A model generated the notes under the pieces. It saw only the letters and a program-made list of their open reading frames with translations, made no database searches and was not told the DNA's origin. From Bacillus subtilis subsp. subtilis str. 168 (GTDB taxonomy: Bacteria; Bacillota; Bacilli; Bacillales; Bacillaceae): 64,000 nt of DNA. Each line of letters begins with the position of its first letter. Within the stretch, counting starts at the first letter, position 1. Positions 1 through 9,940 of this stretch are shown here, piece after piece. Both the position numbers and the translations under genes were made by a program. The stretch is taken from positions 806,001 through 870,000 of the forward strand of contig NC_000964.3 in the NCBI RefSeq assembly GCF_000009045.1, written 5' to 3'.

Positions 1-841
1 CATAAGGCATCATGCCTGTCAGCACAAGCGATACCGCGATGTACAGAACCGTACAGACGGCTAGAGCTGAAATAATGCCGACGGGCATGTTTTTTTGCGG
101 ATTTTTCACTTCCTCTGATGCGTTAGAAACCGCGTCAAACCCAAGGTACGCGAAGAATACAGTGGCAGCGCTAAGTATGACGCCTTTCATCCCGAATGGC
201 ATAAAAGGAGACCAGTTATCCGGTTTCACATAGCCGATGCCGACAATAATGAACAATAATATGATCGCGATTTTCATCAGTACGATGACGTTGTTAAAGC
301 GTGTGCTTTCCTTGACGCCTCTGCTGACAATCGCAGTGATGAGGAGAATGATCACCGCAGCCGGAAGGTTAAATACGGCGCCCGCCATGCTTCCCGGCGC
401 TCCTGTCAGTGCAGCCGGAATATGAAGATTGAAGCCGGCAAGCAGTGATTGAAAGTATGAAGACCAGCCGGTGGCAACCGCCGACAGTGCAATGACATAT
501 TCAAGCATGAGATCCCATCCGATCAAAAAGGCGAGCAGCTCTCCAAGTGTCACGTATGAGTATGAGTACACGCTTCCCGAAATCGGAATGGAAGACGAAA
601 ACTCAGCATAACAGAAAGCAGCCAGCGCACAGGCGAGCCCCGCTAAAATAAACGATATGATGAGGGCGGGACCTGCACCGGTCGCTGCCACTGTTCCTGT
701 AATGACAAAAATCCCTGTACCGATGACACAACCGATACCGAGCAAGGTTAAATCAAATGCGCTTAACGTACGGGCAAGGCTTTTTGACTTGCTCTGCGCA
801 CTCAATGTTTCAAGCGGTTTTTTTCTAAATAATGAACTCAT
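1..841 (-). CDS. mtrA: APC-family amino acid/methylthioribose permease, partial (runs off left edge; absent from ORF track)
   Basis: Minus strand reads AGGAGG-N8-ATG at 841, then MSSLFRKKPLETLSAQSKSKSLARTLSAFDLTLLGIGCVIGTGIFVITG..., carrying the GxxIGxGIF motif of APC/CAT permeases; position matches yfnA/mtrA. Confidence 0.88.
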   Translation of the reverse strand, partial: MSSLFRKKPLETLSAQSKSKSLARTLSAFDLTLLGIGCVIGTGIFVITGTVAATGAGPALIISFILAGLACALAAFCYAEFSSSIPISGSVYSYSYVTLGELLAFLIGWDLMLEYVIALSAVATGWSSYFQSLLAGFNLHIPAALTGAPGSMAGAVFNLPAAVIILLITAIVSRGVKESTRFNNVIVLMKIAIILLFIIVGIGYVKPDNWSPFMPFGMKGVILSAATVFFAYLGFDAVSNASEEVKNPQKNMPVGIISALAVCTVLYIAVSLVLTGMMPY

Positions 842-1010
842 CAAAAGTTCCTCCTAGAAATATTCAAAATATTCTAATCATTATATGCAGTTCTTGTTGT
901 ATTATATTGTCGAAATTTGACGTAGTCAATAAAATATTTTTCTGCTTTAAATGATAGAAGCGAAACAGCGTTGTCGTATCATAGGATAGTAATTTTTACT
1001 AATCGTATAT

Positions 1011-1037
1011 TCAATTTTATGCAAGATGAACCGATAG
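1011..1037 (+). promoter_or_regulatory. Probable sigma-D promoter of yfmT-yfmS
   Basis: TCAA-N15-ACCGATAG versus consensus TAAA-N15-GCCGATAT; the operon contains a chemoreceptor. Confidence 0.6.
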
Positions 1038-1090
1038 AAAAAATAGATTCGCCCATATTTTGATTTGCGGTTATAAAGGAGATGCTGACC

Positions 1091-2548
1091 ATGTTTCAAT
1101 ATGAAGAGTTGAATAAACAGTTTATCGGCGGGAAATGGCAGGAGGGCAGCAGCCCAAATGTATTGGAAAACAAAAATCCTTATACTCAAAAAACATTCAC
1201 AACATTCCGTAAAGCGACTGCTGACGATGTAGATGAAGCGTATCGGGCAGCGGCGCTGGCAAAGAAAAAATGGGATGCGGTCAACCCGTTCGAGAAAAGA
1301 ACCATTTTAGAAAAAGCCGTCACGTATATTGAAGAAAATGAAGAAGCCATTATTTATTTGATTATGGAGGAGCTAGGCGGTACAAGGCTCAAAGCAGCTT
1401 TTGAAATCGGTCTTGTCAAAAACATCATAAAAGAAGCGGCAACGTTCCCAATCCGCATGGAGGGGAAAATTCTTCCGTCAACAATAGATGGCAAGGAAAA
1501 CAGATTATATCGCGTGCCGGCAGGCGTTGTCGGTGTCATCAGTCCGTTTAACTTCCCATTCTTTTTATCTATGAAATCAGTGGCGCCTGCACTCGGAGCC
1601 GGCAATGGCGTTGTGCTAAAGCCGCATGAGGAAACGCCGATTTGCGGCGGAACGCTGATTGCGAAAATTTTTGAGAACGCGGGAATTCCAGCGGGGCTGC
1701 TGAATGTTGTTGTCACAGACATTGCTGAAATCGGCGACAGCTTCGTTGAGCATCCAGTGCCGCGGATCATCTCATTTACCGGTTCTACGAAAGTCGGCAG
1801 CTACATCGGACAGCTTGCGATGAAGCATTTTAAAAAGCCGCTTCTTGAGCTTGGCGGGAACAGCGCCTTCATCGTACTTGAGGATGCAGATATAGAATAT
1901 GCGGTCAATGCGGCGGTGTTCAGCCGATTTACACATCAAGGGCAGATTTGCATGTCAGCCAACCGCGTGCTTGTTCATTCTTCTATTTATGACAAGTTCC
2001 TTGAGCTGTACCAGGCAAAAGTGGAATCGCTGAAAGTCGGCGACCCAATGGACCCTGATACGATTATCGGGCCATTAATCAACAGCAGACAGACGGACGG
2101 GCTGATGAAGACTGTAGAGCAAGCAATTGAAGAAGGCGCTGTACCAGTGAAGCTTGGCGGATTTAACGGGACGATCGTGGAACCGACGATCTTAAAAGAC
2201 GTCAAACCGTTCATGAGCATTGCCAAGGAAGAGCTGTTCGGACCAGTCGTCTCCTTTATGAAGTTTGATTCAGAAGACGAAGCGGTGGATATCGCAAACG
2301 AAACCCCGTTTGGCTTGAGCGGTGCCGTACATACGTCAAATCTTGAGCGCGGCGTGGCTTTTGCGAAACGCATTGAAACAGGCATGATTCACGTCAATGA
2401 CACGACCATCAATGATGAACCGAATGTAGCCTTCGGCGGTGAAAAGCAATCAGGCCTCGGCCGTTTAAACGGTGAGTGGAGCCTCGAAGAATTTACAACG
2501 CTGAAATGGATCTCGGTCCAGCACGAAAAACGCAGCTTCCCTTATTAA
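1091..2548 (+). CDS. yfmT: Aldehyde dehydrogenase (vanillin/benzaldehyde dehydrogenase type), 485 aa
   Basis: ALDH motifs PFNFP, FTGST, LELGG, GQICMS (catalytic Cys), EELFGPV; RBS AAGGAG favours the ATG at 1091. Confidence 0.93.
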   Translation: MFQYEELNKQFIGGKWQEGSSPNVLENKNPYTQKTFTTFRKATADDVDEAYRAAALAKKKWDAVNPFEKRTILEKAVTYIEENEEAIIYLIMEELGGTRLKAAFEIGLVKNIIKEAATFPIRMEGKILPSTIDGKENRLYRVPAGVVGVISPFNFPFFLSMKSVAPALGAGNGVVLKPHEETPICGGTLIAKIFENAGIPAGLLNVVVTDIAEIGDSFVEHPVPRIISFTGSTKVGSYIGQLAMKHFKKPLLELGGNSAFIVLEDADIEYAVNAAVFSRFTHQGQICMSANRVLVHSSIYDKFLELYQAKVESLKVGDPMDPDTIIGPLINSRQTDGLMKTVEQAIEEGAVPVKLGGFNGTIVEPTILKDVKPFMSIAKEELFGPVVSFMKFDSEDEAVDIANETPFGLSGAVHTSNLERGVAFAKRIETGMIHVNDTTINDEPNVAFGGEKQSGLGRLNGEWSLEEFTTLKWISVQHEKRSFPY

Positions 2549-2561
2549 TGAAAAGGAGTGA

Positions 2562-3422
2562 ATGGAATTGACCATAAATACGGAAAAAGAAACCGCAGAT
2601 ATTCTGGACGCATTTATCAAAGTAGCCCCTTATTTAAACAGCCTGGTTCAGGATGATATTACAATCGGCATTTATGATACGGAAAAACTGCTCGTGAATA
2701 TACCGGCCAAAACCTTTTCGCTGAACGTAAAAGCCGGCGATCCGCTGCAGGAAGGGGATATCATCACAGATGCCATCCGCAGCAATCAGAAGAAGACGAG
2801 CATGGTTCCGAAAGAATTGTTCGGCTTCCCATTGATCGCGCGTGCCATCCCGCTGCACGACGAGAATGGAAGAGTCATTGGAGGCGTCGGCCTCGGAACG
2901 AGCCTTGAGGAGTCGTCAAAGCTGCATGATGTCGCGGAAAGCTTATCAGCTGTTGTTGAACAAACAGCCGCGGCTATTTCCGACATTTCTGAATCAATTA
3001 ACGGGTTTTCAACTCAAATGTCGGGCATTTCCTCTCAGGCGAAAAAAGTAAGCGAAAGCGCCGGTGAAATCGCCGATATTTCAGTAACTGTTAAAGGCAT
3101 CTCGGACCAAAGCAATCTGCTCGGCTTGAACGCCGCGATCGAAGCGGCAAGAGCAGGGGAGTCCGGAAAAGGATTCTCTGTCGTCGCAGATGAGATCAGA
3201 AAGCTAGCGACGCATTCAAAAGAAAATGTCGGCCAAATTGACCAGATTACGAAAAAAATCCACAGCCTGCTGAAAGGGCTGGAGGAATCCATTGAGTCGA
3301 TTAACCAGCATACAGACGGACAAGCCGCTGCTGTTGAACAAATTTCCGCCACGATGCAGGAGATTTCAGGAAGCGCGCAGCATCTTGCGAAAATGGCCGA
3401 AAAAGCGCTTGAGGAAGAGTAA
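2562..3422 (+). CDS. yfmS: Soluble methyl-accepting chemotaxis protein, 286 aa
   Basis: MCP signalling hairpin [32 protein letters not shown]; no transmembrane segment; RBS AAGGAG. Confidence 0.93.
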   Translation: MELTINTEKETADILDAFIKVAPYLNSLVQDDITIGIYDTEKLLVNIPAKTFSLNVKAGDPLQEGDIITDAIRSNQKKTSMVPKELFGFPLIARAIPLHDENGRVIGGVGLGTSLEESSKLHDVAESLSAVVEQTAAAISDISESINGFSTQMSGISSQAKKVSESAGEIADISVTVKGISDQSNLLGLNAAIEAARAGESGKGFSVVADEIRKLATHSKENVGQIDQITKKIHSLLKGLEESIESINQHTDGQAAAVEQISATMQEISGSAQHLAKMAEKALEEE

Positions 3423-3423
3423 G

Positions 3424-3454
3424 AGACCGGGGACAAACATCCCCGGTCTTTTTC
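3424..3454 (+). terminator. Intrinsic terminator after yfmS
   Basis: AGACCGGGGA / TCCCCGGTCT stem followed by a T run. Confidence 0.85.
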
Positions 3455-3556
3455 TTATCCTGCATTTCCATGAAATTCGTCTGACGTTTTACTAGTTTTA
3501 TTCCAGCGGCTGATTTAAAATGTACACATGAACTTACGTGAGGATTGATAGGAACC

Positions 3557-5446
3557 ATGAGCATATTAAAAGCGGAAAATCTTTATAAAACATACGGAGA
3601 TAAAACATTATTTGACCATATCTCCTTTCATATTGAAGAGAATGAGAGAATCGGATTAATCGGGCCGAACGGAACAGGAAAATCAACGCTGTTGAAAGTG
3701 ATTGCCGGCTTGGAATCTATCGAAGAAGGAGAAATCACGAAATCCGGAAGCGTGCAGGTCGAATTTCTTCATCAAGACCCGGAGCTGCCTGCGGGGCAAA
3801 CAGTGCTGGAGCATATCTATTCCGGTGAATCGGCTGTGATGAAAACCTTGCGTGAATATGAAAAAGCGCTGTATGAACTGGGGAAAGATCCCGAAAATGA
3901 ACAGCGCCAGAAACACCTGCTGGCAGCACAAGCGAAAATGGACGCGAACAATGCATGGGATGCAAACACCTTGGCAAAAACCGTATTGTCTAAGCTGGGC
4001 GTCAACGACGTAACAAAACCGGTCAATGAGCTCTCAGGCGGCCAGAAAAAACGGGTGGCCATTGCCAAAAACTTAATTCAGCCCGCTGATTTGCTCATTT
4101 TGGACGAGCCGACAAACCATTTGGATAATGAAACGATTGAGTGGCTTGAAGGGTATTTAAGCCAATATCCCGGCGCCGTCATGCTGGTGACGCACGATAG
4201 ATATTTCTTAAACCGTGTCACCAACCGCATTTATGAGCTTGAAAGAGGCAGCCTCTACACTTACAAAGGCAACTATGAAGTGTTTTTAGAAAAACGCGCG
4301 GAACGGGAAGCGCAGGCTGAGCAAAAGGAAACGAAGCGGCAAAACCTGCTGCGCCGCGAACTGGCTTGGCTCAGACGAGGAGCGAAAGCCCGCTCCACAA
4401 AACAAAAAGCGAGAATTGACCGGGTAGAGACGCTTAAAGAGCAGACAGGCCCTCAGTCATCAGGTTCACTCGATTTTGCCATTGGCTCGCACCGTCTCGG
4501 AAAACAGGTTATTGAAGCGGAGAACGTCATGATCGCTTATGACGGCCGCATGCTCGTCGACCGTTTTAATGAACTTGTCATACCAGGTGAACGGATCGGG
4601 ATCATCGGGCCGAACGGCATCGGGAAAACAACGCTGTTAAATGCCCTTGCCGGCCGTCATACGCCGGACGGAGGCGATATTACGATCGGACAGACGGTCA
4701 GAATCGGCTACTATACTCAGGATCATAGTGAAATGAACGGTGAGTTAAAAGTCATTGACTATATAAAAGAAACGGCGGAGGTCGTAAAAACGGCAGATGG
4801 CGATATGATTACAGCTGAACAAATGCTCGAGCGTTTCCTCTTCCCGCGTTCGATGCAGCAGACGTATATCCGCAAGCTGTCCGGCGGGGAAAAACGCCGT
4901 TTATACTTGCTTCAGGTTCTCATGCAGGAGCCGAATGTCCTGTTTCTCGATGAGCCGACGAACGATTTGGATACTGAAACATTAAGCGTTCTTGAGGATT
5001 ATATTGACCAGTTCCCAGGCGTCGTCATCACCGTATCCCATGACCGCTATTTCCTTGACCGCGTCGTCGACCGTTTGATTGTATTTGAAGGAAATGGTGT
5101 CATTTCCCGCTTTCAAGGCTCCTATAGCGACTATATGGAGGAGTCAAAAGCGAAAAAAGCGGCCCCAAAACCGGCAGCTGAGGAAAAAACGGCTGAAGCC
5201 GAGCCGAAGAAAAAACGGAAAAAGCTTTCTTACAAAGACCAGTTGGAATGGGACGGCATCGAAGATAAAATTGCCCAGCTGGAAGAAAAGCATGAACAGC
5301 TTGAAGCTGACATCGCCGCAGCAGGCAGTGATTTTGGCAAAATCCAAGAGCTGATGGCCGAGCAGGCGAAAACGGCGGAAGAGCTTGAGGCTGCGATGGA
5401 CCGCTGGACAGAATTGTCCCTCATGATCGAAGAACTGGAAAGCTAA
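3557..5446 (+). CDS. yfmR: ABC-F ATPase (Uup-like ribosome-associated factor), 629 aa
   Basis: Two NBDs (GPNGTGKS, LSGGQ, LDEPTNHLD; GPNGIGKT, LSGGE, LDEPTNDLD), inter-domain linker, C-terminal KKLSYKDQ coiled coil, no TM segments. Confidence 0.95.
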   Translation: MSILKAENLYKTYGDKTLFDHISFHIEENERIGLIGPNGTGKSTLLKVIAGLESIEEGEITKSGSVQVEFLHQDPELPAGQTVLEHIYSGESAVMKTLREYEKALYELGKDPENEQRQKHLLAAQAKMDANNAWDANTLAKTVLSKLGVNDVTKPVNELSGGQKKRVAIAKNLIQPADLLILDEPTNHLDNETIEWLEGYLSQYPGAVMLVTHDRYFLNRVTNRIYELERGSLYTYKGNYEVFLEKRAEREAQAEQKETKRQNLLRRELAWLRRGAKARSTKQKARIDRVETLKEQTGPQSSGSLDFAIGSHRLGKQVIEAENVMIAYDGRMLVDRFNELVIPGERIGIIGPNGIGKTTLLNALAGRHTPDGGDITIGQTVRIGYYTQDHSEMNGELKVIDYIKETAEVVKTADGDMITAEQMLERFLFPRSMQQTYIRKLSGGEKRRLYLLQVLMQEPNVLFLDEPTNDLDTETLSVLEDYIDQFPGVVITVSHDRYFLDRVVDRLIVFEGNGVISRFQGSYSDYMEESKAKKAAPKPAAEEKTAEAEPKKKRKKLSYKDQLEWDGIEDKIAQLEEKHEQLEADIAAAGSDFGKIQELMAEQAKTAEELEAAMDRWTELSLMIEELES

Positions 5447-5478
5447 AAAGCGTGGCCGCAGCAGGCCGCGCTTTTTTT
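5447..5478 (+). terminator. Intrinsic terminator after yfmR
   Basis: AAAGCGTGGCC / GGCCGCGCTTT stem followed by a T run. Confidence 0.75.
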
Positions 5479-5568
5479 CACATAATGGACAAAAACGAAC
5501 CGGCCTGCTTATGTTAGGATAAAGTTGTGTGTCAGCGGCACATGGAAAACTAACGGAGATGATGAAGT

Positions 5569-6015
5569 ATGACATGGGCGATCGTGATGTTAATTCTCAT
5601 GAGTCTGGTGAAAATCGTATTAACCTGTCTTCCTACAGGCGTCATAGAATGGCTGCTCGGCAAATTTGAAGTGCACGCCAAGCTGAGTGACGAAAATGCG
5701 AGTCTCTCTCTAGATGGAAAACGCCTCGAGGGTGCAGAGAAGCAGAAAGTGATTGATCAATTTAACGAAGCTATCTTCCTGGAAAAATATTATATCTATC
5801 CAGGTGATGAAGAGCGTTATTTACATCCGGAAAACGGCGGCACGCCTCTGGTGATAGATACAAAAAAAGGAAAAAAAGACGTGAAGCTGTTCGTGTACCG
5901 CTACGACGACCATATCGACGTCGTGAAACAGTACAAGAAGAAAGTGATCGCGTATCGAGTGCTTTCTGAAAGCCTTCAAAAAGAGTCTCTGTCAGTGGCG
6001 GGAAGTTTAGCTTAA
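5569..6015 (+). CDS. yfmQ: Uncharacterised protein with N-terminal membrane anchor, 148 aa
   Basis: Clean ORF with RBS GGAG; hydrophobic N-terminus MTWAIVMLILMSLVKIV; gene order. Confidence 0.85.
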   Translation: MTWAIVMLILMSLVKIVLTCLPTGVIEWLLGKFEVHAKLSDENASLSLDGKRLEGAEKQKVIDQFNEAIFLEKYYIYPGDEERYLHPENGGTPLVIDTKKGKKDVKLFVYRYDDHIDVVKQYKKKVIAYRVLSESLQKESLSVAGSLA

Positions 6016-6073
6016 ACAGGAAAGTGAAAGACGGGTGCTGTATGCTGCTCGTCTTTTTTATTGTTTTTTAAAA

Positions 6074-6109
6074 CTTAACGTTTACGTTAAGGTTCAAAAG
6101 GTGTATAAT
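6074..6109 (+). promoter_or_regulatory. yfmPO sigma-A promoter with overlapping MerR-type palindrome
   Basis: CTTAACGT-TT-ACGTTAAG at 6074-6091 overlaps TTTACG (6081-6086), which lies 17 bp before TATAAT (6104-6109). Confidence 0.7.
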
Positions 6110-6139
6110 GGTAACAGAAACGGCGAAGGGGGATTTACC

Positions 6140-6562
6140 TTGGAATGGATGAAGATTGATCAAGTGGCCAAAAGAAGCGGGCTGACAAAGCGGACCATCC
6201 GGTTTTATGAAGAAATCGGCTTGATTCCGGCGCCGAAACGGACAGACGGCGGTGTAAGGCTTTATTCAGAGGATGATATGGAGGAGCTTGAGAAAGTCAT
6301 CAGCACAAAAGAGGTGCTCGGTTTTTCCCTTCAGGAGCTTCAGCATTTCATGGAAACCAGCCGCCAGCTAGAGTTAAACAAAGAGGGGTATTTGTTGTCA
6401 CTGGATCCTAAGGAACGGAAAGAAAAACTGGAGGAAATTCAGGAAACCCTGAATCACCAGCTGGATTTGATTGATGAGAAAATCCGCACATTCCAAAGCT
6501 TTAAAGAACGCCTGCAGGGCATGAAAGGCAAAGCGGAACGCGCCATTCAATCAATCGAATGA
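6140..6562 (+). CDS. yfmP: MerR-family transcriptional regulator, 140 aa
   Basis: MerR HTH IDQVAKRSGLTKRTIRFYEEIGLI...GVRLYS; TTG start after GAAGGGGG. Confidence 0.92.
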   Translation: MEWMKIDQVAKRSGLTKRTIRFYEEIGLIPAPKRTDGGVRLYSEDDMEELEKVISTKEVLGFSLQELQHFMETSRQLELNKEGYLLSLDPKERKEKLEEIQETLNHQLDLIDEKIRTFQSFKERLQGMKGKAERAIQSIE

Positions 6563-6627
6563 AAAGTTTGTTAAACGCTATTTTTGTAGCGTTTCTTTTA
6601 ATGGAATAAAGATGGAGGTTAGGTCAA

Positions 6628-7818
6628 ATGGATAAGACAACACAAGTGAATCAGAAAACGGGTTTGCTCAGCCAGCCAAAAGCGGTATGGGCTGTCGCGT
6701 TTGCCTGTGTGATTTCTTTTATGGGAATCGGGCTGGTCGATCCAATTCTTCCGGCCATTGCCGCACAATTGCATGCTTCACCTAGTGAAGTATCACTCTT
6801 GTTTACAAGTTATTTGCTTGTAACCGGATTTATGATGTTTTTCTCAGGAGCCATTTCCAGCCGCATCGGCGCGAAATGGACATTAATTCTCGGACTTATT
6901 TTTATTATTGTGTTTGCGGGGCTTGGCGGCAGCTCAAGCTCAATCGCTCAGTTAGTCGGCTATCGCGGCGGCTGGGGATTAGGGAATGCTTTGTTTATTT
7001 CAACAGCGCTTGCGGTCATCGTTGGCGTGTCAGTCGGCGGCAGCGCCCAAGCGATTATTTTGTATGAGGCCGCGCTCGGTCTCGGGATTTCTGTCGGGCC
7101 GCTTGCAGGCGGAGAGCTCGGAAGCATTTCATGGCGCGCACCGTTTTTTGGAGTATCTGTCCTGATGTTTATTGCGTTAATCGCGATTTCTTTCATGCTT
7201 CCGAAGCTGCCGAAACCGGCGAAACGCGTCGGTGTGTTTGATGCGATGAAGGCACTCAAATATAAAGGCCTGCTGACAATGGCGGTATCGGCATTCCTAT
7301 ACAACTTTGGATTTTTTATTTTGCTAGCTTATTCTCCGTTCGTACTGGATTTAGATGAACACGGTCTTGGATATGTCTTCTTCGGCTGGGGCCTTCTGCT
7401 GGCGATTACGTCAGTCTTTACGGCGCCGCTCGTGCACAAAGCGCTGGGCACAGTGCGTTCGCTAGTCGTTCTCTTTATCGCCTTTGCGGCCATTCTCGTT
7501 ATTATGGGGATCTGGACAGACCATCAGACTTTGATTATTACATGTATCGTTGTCGCTGGTGCTGTCCTCGGTATGGTGAATACGATCATGACAACCGCTG
7601 TGATGGGTTCTGCGCCGGTTGAACGTTCAATCGCGTCTTCAGCCTACAGCTCAGTCCGCTTCATCGGCGGCGCGCTCGCCCCGTGGATTGCAGGAATGCT
7701 GTCAGAACACTTTACTGCAAGCACACCATATACAGTAGGCGGAATCGTCGTTTTTGTCGGCATGCTTGTCCTTCTCATGGGACGTAAACATCTTGCTGGA
7801 ATTAAGGCGGGGCATTAA
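6628..7818 (+). CDS. yfmO: MFS efflux transporter, 396 aa
   Basis: About 12 hydrophobic segments; MFS motif A-like GAISSRIGAK; RBS GGAGG. Confidence 0.92.
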   Translation: MDKTTQVNQKTGLLSQPKAVWAVAFACVISFMGIGLVDPILPAIAAQLHASPSEVSLLFTSYLLVTGFMMFFSGAISSRIGAKWTLILGLIFIIVFAGLGGSSSSIAQLVGYRGGWGLGNALFISTALAVIVGVSVGGSAQAIILYEAALGLGISVGPLAGGELGSISWRAPFFGVSVLMFIALIAISFMLPKLPKPAKRVGVFDAMKALKYKGLLTMAVSAFLYNFGFFILLAYSPFVLDLDEHGLGYVFFGWGLLLAITSVFTAPLVHKALGTVRSLVVLFIAFAAILVIMGIWTDHQTLIITCIVVAGAVLGMVNTIMTTAVMGSAPVERSIASSAYSSVRFIGGALAPWIAGMLSEHFTASTPYTVGGIVVFVGMLVLLMGRKHLAGIKAGH

Positions 7819-7823
7819 TAACG

Positions 7824-7853
7824 AAAGACACTGCGCATATGCAGTGTCTTTTT
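7824..7853 (+). terminator. Intrinsic terminator after yfmO
   Basis: AAGACACTGC / GCAGTGTCTT stem followed by a T run. Confidence 0.85.
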
Positions 7854-7903
7854 ATTCGTTATAATGCATCATAATCGAATTGGTGCAGGAAAGGACAACC
7901 TTT

Positions 7904-8347
7904 ATGACACAATTTTACTATTTTCCGGCTGAAAACTCCCTTTAGAAACCGGTTTTTTCGGTCAGCAAGAACGGCGTTCGCGGAAAGGGCATCCGCTTCG
8001 GTCAGGCATTGATGCGGCTGGGATTTATCTTGCAGAAGCTGAGAATGTGTCCGTTCATTTACGATTGCCATTTCAGTGATGGTTCATGCTGTAGAGGGGA
8101 CGTTTGCCATGGATAAGGCAAAACCTGACGAATATGATCAGAAATGTTTAGAAACGCTCTATCAATACATACACAGCGTCATGAAAAACAGCTTTTCTCG
8201 GTCGAGTGGTTTACCGCTTGGGAAGATGAGGAGGATTTTGAGCTGTCTGCCAAAAGAGAGCTGACACTTGATGAATTCACATCTCCATTGCAGCTCATTT
8301 TAAAAGACAGAGAGCTTTTGAGAATCGTTCAGAAAAAATGGCAGTAA
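7904..8347 (+). pseudogene. yfmN: Probable frameshifted pseudogene containing the short yfmN ORF (8109-8264)
   Basis: AGGAAAGGA RBS and ATG at 7904 stop after 13 codons; three successive -1 frame changes join four segments into about 148 codons ending at TAA 8347 just before a terminator. Confidence 0.55.
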
Positions 8348-8378
8348 AAAACCCGCCCTTTAGCAGGCGGGTTTTTTT
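8346..8378. terminator. Bidirectional terminator between the yfmN region and yfmM
   Basis: AAAAAACCCGCC / GGCGGGTTTTTT. Confidence 0.85.
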
Positions 8379-8383
8379 ATAAA

Positions 8384-9940
8384 TTAAAGCACTTTCGTCG
8401 TCCAAGACTCGCAGTTCCACGTTTCTGTCGCAATATCCATATAAAAGTCTGGCTCGTGGGAAATGAGCAGAATGGAGCCTTTATATTCTTTCAGGGCGCG
8501 CTTGAGCTCTTCCTTGGCATCGGCATCCAAGTGGTTTGTCGGCTCATCGAGCACCAGCAGGTTTGTTTCTGAGTTGATTAGCTTGCACAATCTGACTTTC
8601 GCTTTTTCGCCTCCGCTTAATACGGAGACGCGGCTTTCGATATGCTTTGTCGTCAGCCCGCATTTTGCCAGAGCGGCACGGATTTCATACTGCGTATAAG
8701 AAGGGAATTCGCTCCATACTTCTTCGATGCACGTATTGTTGTTTGTTTCCTTGACCTCTTGCTCGAAATAGCCGGTATAGATGTGCTCACCGCGTTCAAC
8801 AGAGCCTTCGAGCGGCTGGATTTCACCAAGCAAACTTTTCAGCAATGTCGTTTTTCCGATCCCATTCGCGCCGTAAAGGGCGATTTTTTGGCCGCGCTCC
8901 ATGCGGAGGTTGAGCGGACGGGACAGCGGGGAATCGTAACCGATCACGAGATCCTTCGTTTCAAAAATCAGCTTGCCTGACGTTCTCGCCGGCTTAAAGT
9001 GGAATTCCGGCTTTGGCTTTTCTGCCGCAAGCTCGATCATATCCATCTTATCGAGTTTCTTTTGGCGGGACATCGCCATGTTTCTCGTGCTGACACGCGC
9101 TTTGTTGCGGGCGACGAAATCCTTCAGCTCCGCGACTTCCTGCTGCTGCTTTTTGTAGGCCGCTTCAAGCTGCTGTTTTTTCACCTCGTAGACTTCCATA
9201 AACTGATGGTAGTCGCCGACATAACGTGTCAGCTCTTGATTTTCAACGTGATAAATCAGGTTGATGACACTATTCAAGAACGGAATATCGTGGGAAATCA
9301 GGATGAACGCGTTCTCGTATTCCTGCAGGTAGCGTTTCAGCCATTCAATATGCTGTTCATCAAGATAGTTGGTCGGCTCATCGAGAAGCAGAATTTCCGG
9401 CTTTTCAAGGAGAAGCTTAGCGAGAAGGACCTTTGTGCGCTGTCCGCCGCTCAAATCGGTGACATCTCGCTCTAAACCGATATCGCTCAAACCGAGACCG
9501 CGGGCGATTTCTTCCACCTTGGAATCAATGACATAAAAATCATTGTTTGTCAGCGCGTCTTGAATGACGCCGACTTCTTCAAGCAGCTTCTCGAGCTCGT
9601 CGGGATCAGCCTCGCCCATTTTGTTGTAAATCTCGTTCATTTCCTCTTCCATCGCAAATAAATAATGGAATGCGTCTTTCAGGACGTCGCGAATGGATTT
9701 TCCTTTTTCCAGCACGGTATGCTGATCAAGGTATCCGACACGGACATTTTTTGACCATTCGACTTTTCCCTCATCAGGTTCAAGCTTTCCGGTAATAATA
9801 TTCATGAAGGTTGATTTTCCTTCACCGTTTGCGCCGATCAAGCCGACGTGCTCGCCTTTTAACAGGCGGAAGGAAACGTTATTAAAAATGGCCCGGTCCC
9901 CGAAACCGTGGCTTAAATCCTTTACAGATAAAATACTCAT
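8384..9940 (-). CDS. yfmM: ABC-F ATPase, 518 aa
   Basis: Two NBDs (GANGEGKS, LSGGQ; GANGIGKT, LSGGE, LDEPTNHLD), no TM segments; RBS AGAGGTG before ATG 9940. Confidence 0.94.
   Translation of the reverse strand: MSILSVKDLSHGFGDRAIFNNVSFRLLKGEHVGLIGANGEGKSTFMNIITGKLEPDEGKVEWSKNVRVGYLDQHTVLEKGKSIRDVLKDAFHYLFAMEEEMNEIYNKMGEADPDELEKLLEEVGVIQDALTNNDFYVIDSKVEEIARGLGLSDIGLERDVTDLSGGQRTKVLLAKLLLEKPEILLLDEPTNYLDEQHIEWLKRYLQEYENAFILISHDIPFLNSVINLIYHVENQELTRYVGDYHQFMEVYEVKKQQLEAAYKKQQQEVAELKDFVARNKARVSTRNMAMSRQKKLDKMDMIELAAEKPKPEFHFKPARTSGKLIFETKDLVIGYDSPLSRPLNLRMERGQKIALYGANGIGKTTLLKSLLGEIQPLEGSVERGEHIYTGYFEQEVKETNNNTCIEEVWSEFPSYTQYEIRAALAKCGLTTKHIESRVSVLSGGEKAKVRLCKLINSETNLLVLDEPTNHLDADAKEELKRALKEYKGSILLISHEPDFYMDIATETWNCESWTTKVL

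Noticed and set aside
7859-8071. 70-aa minus-strand ORF
   Set aside because: Antisense to the reconstructed pseudogene, ends inside the yfmO terminator region, no RBS
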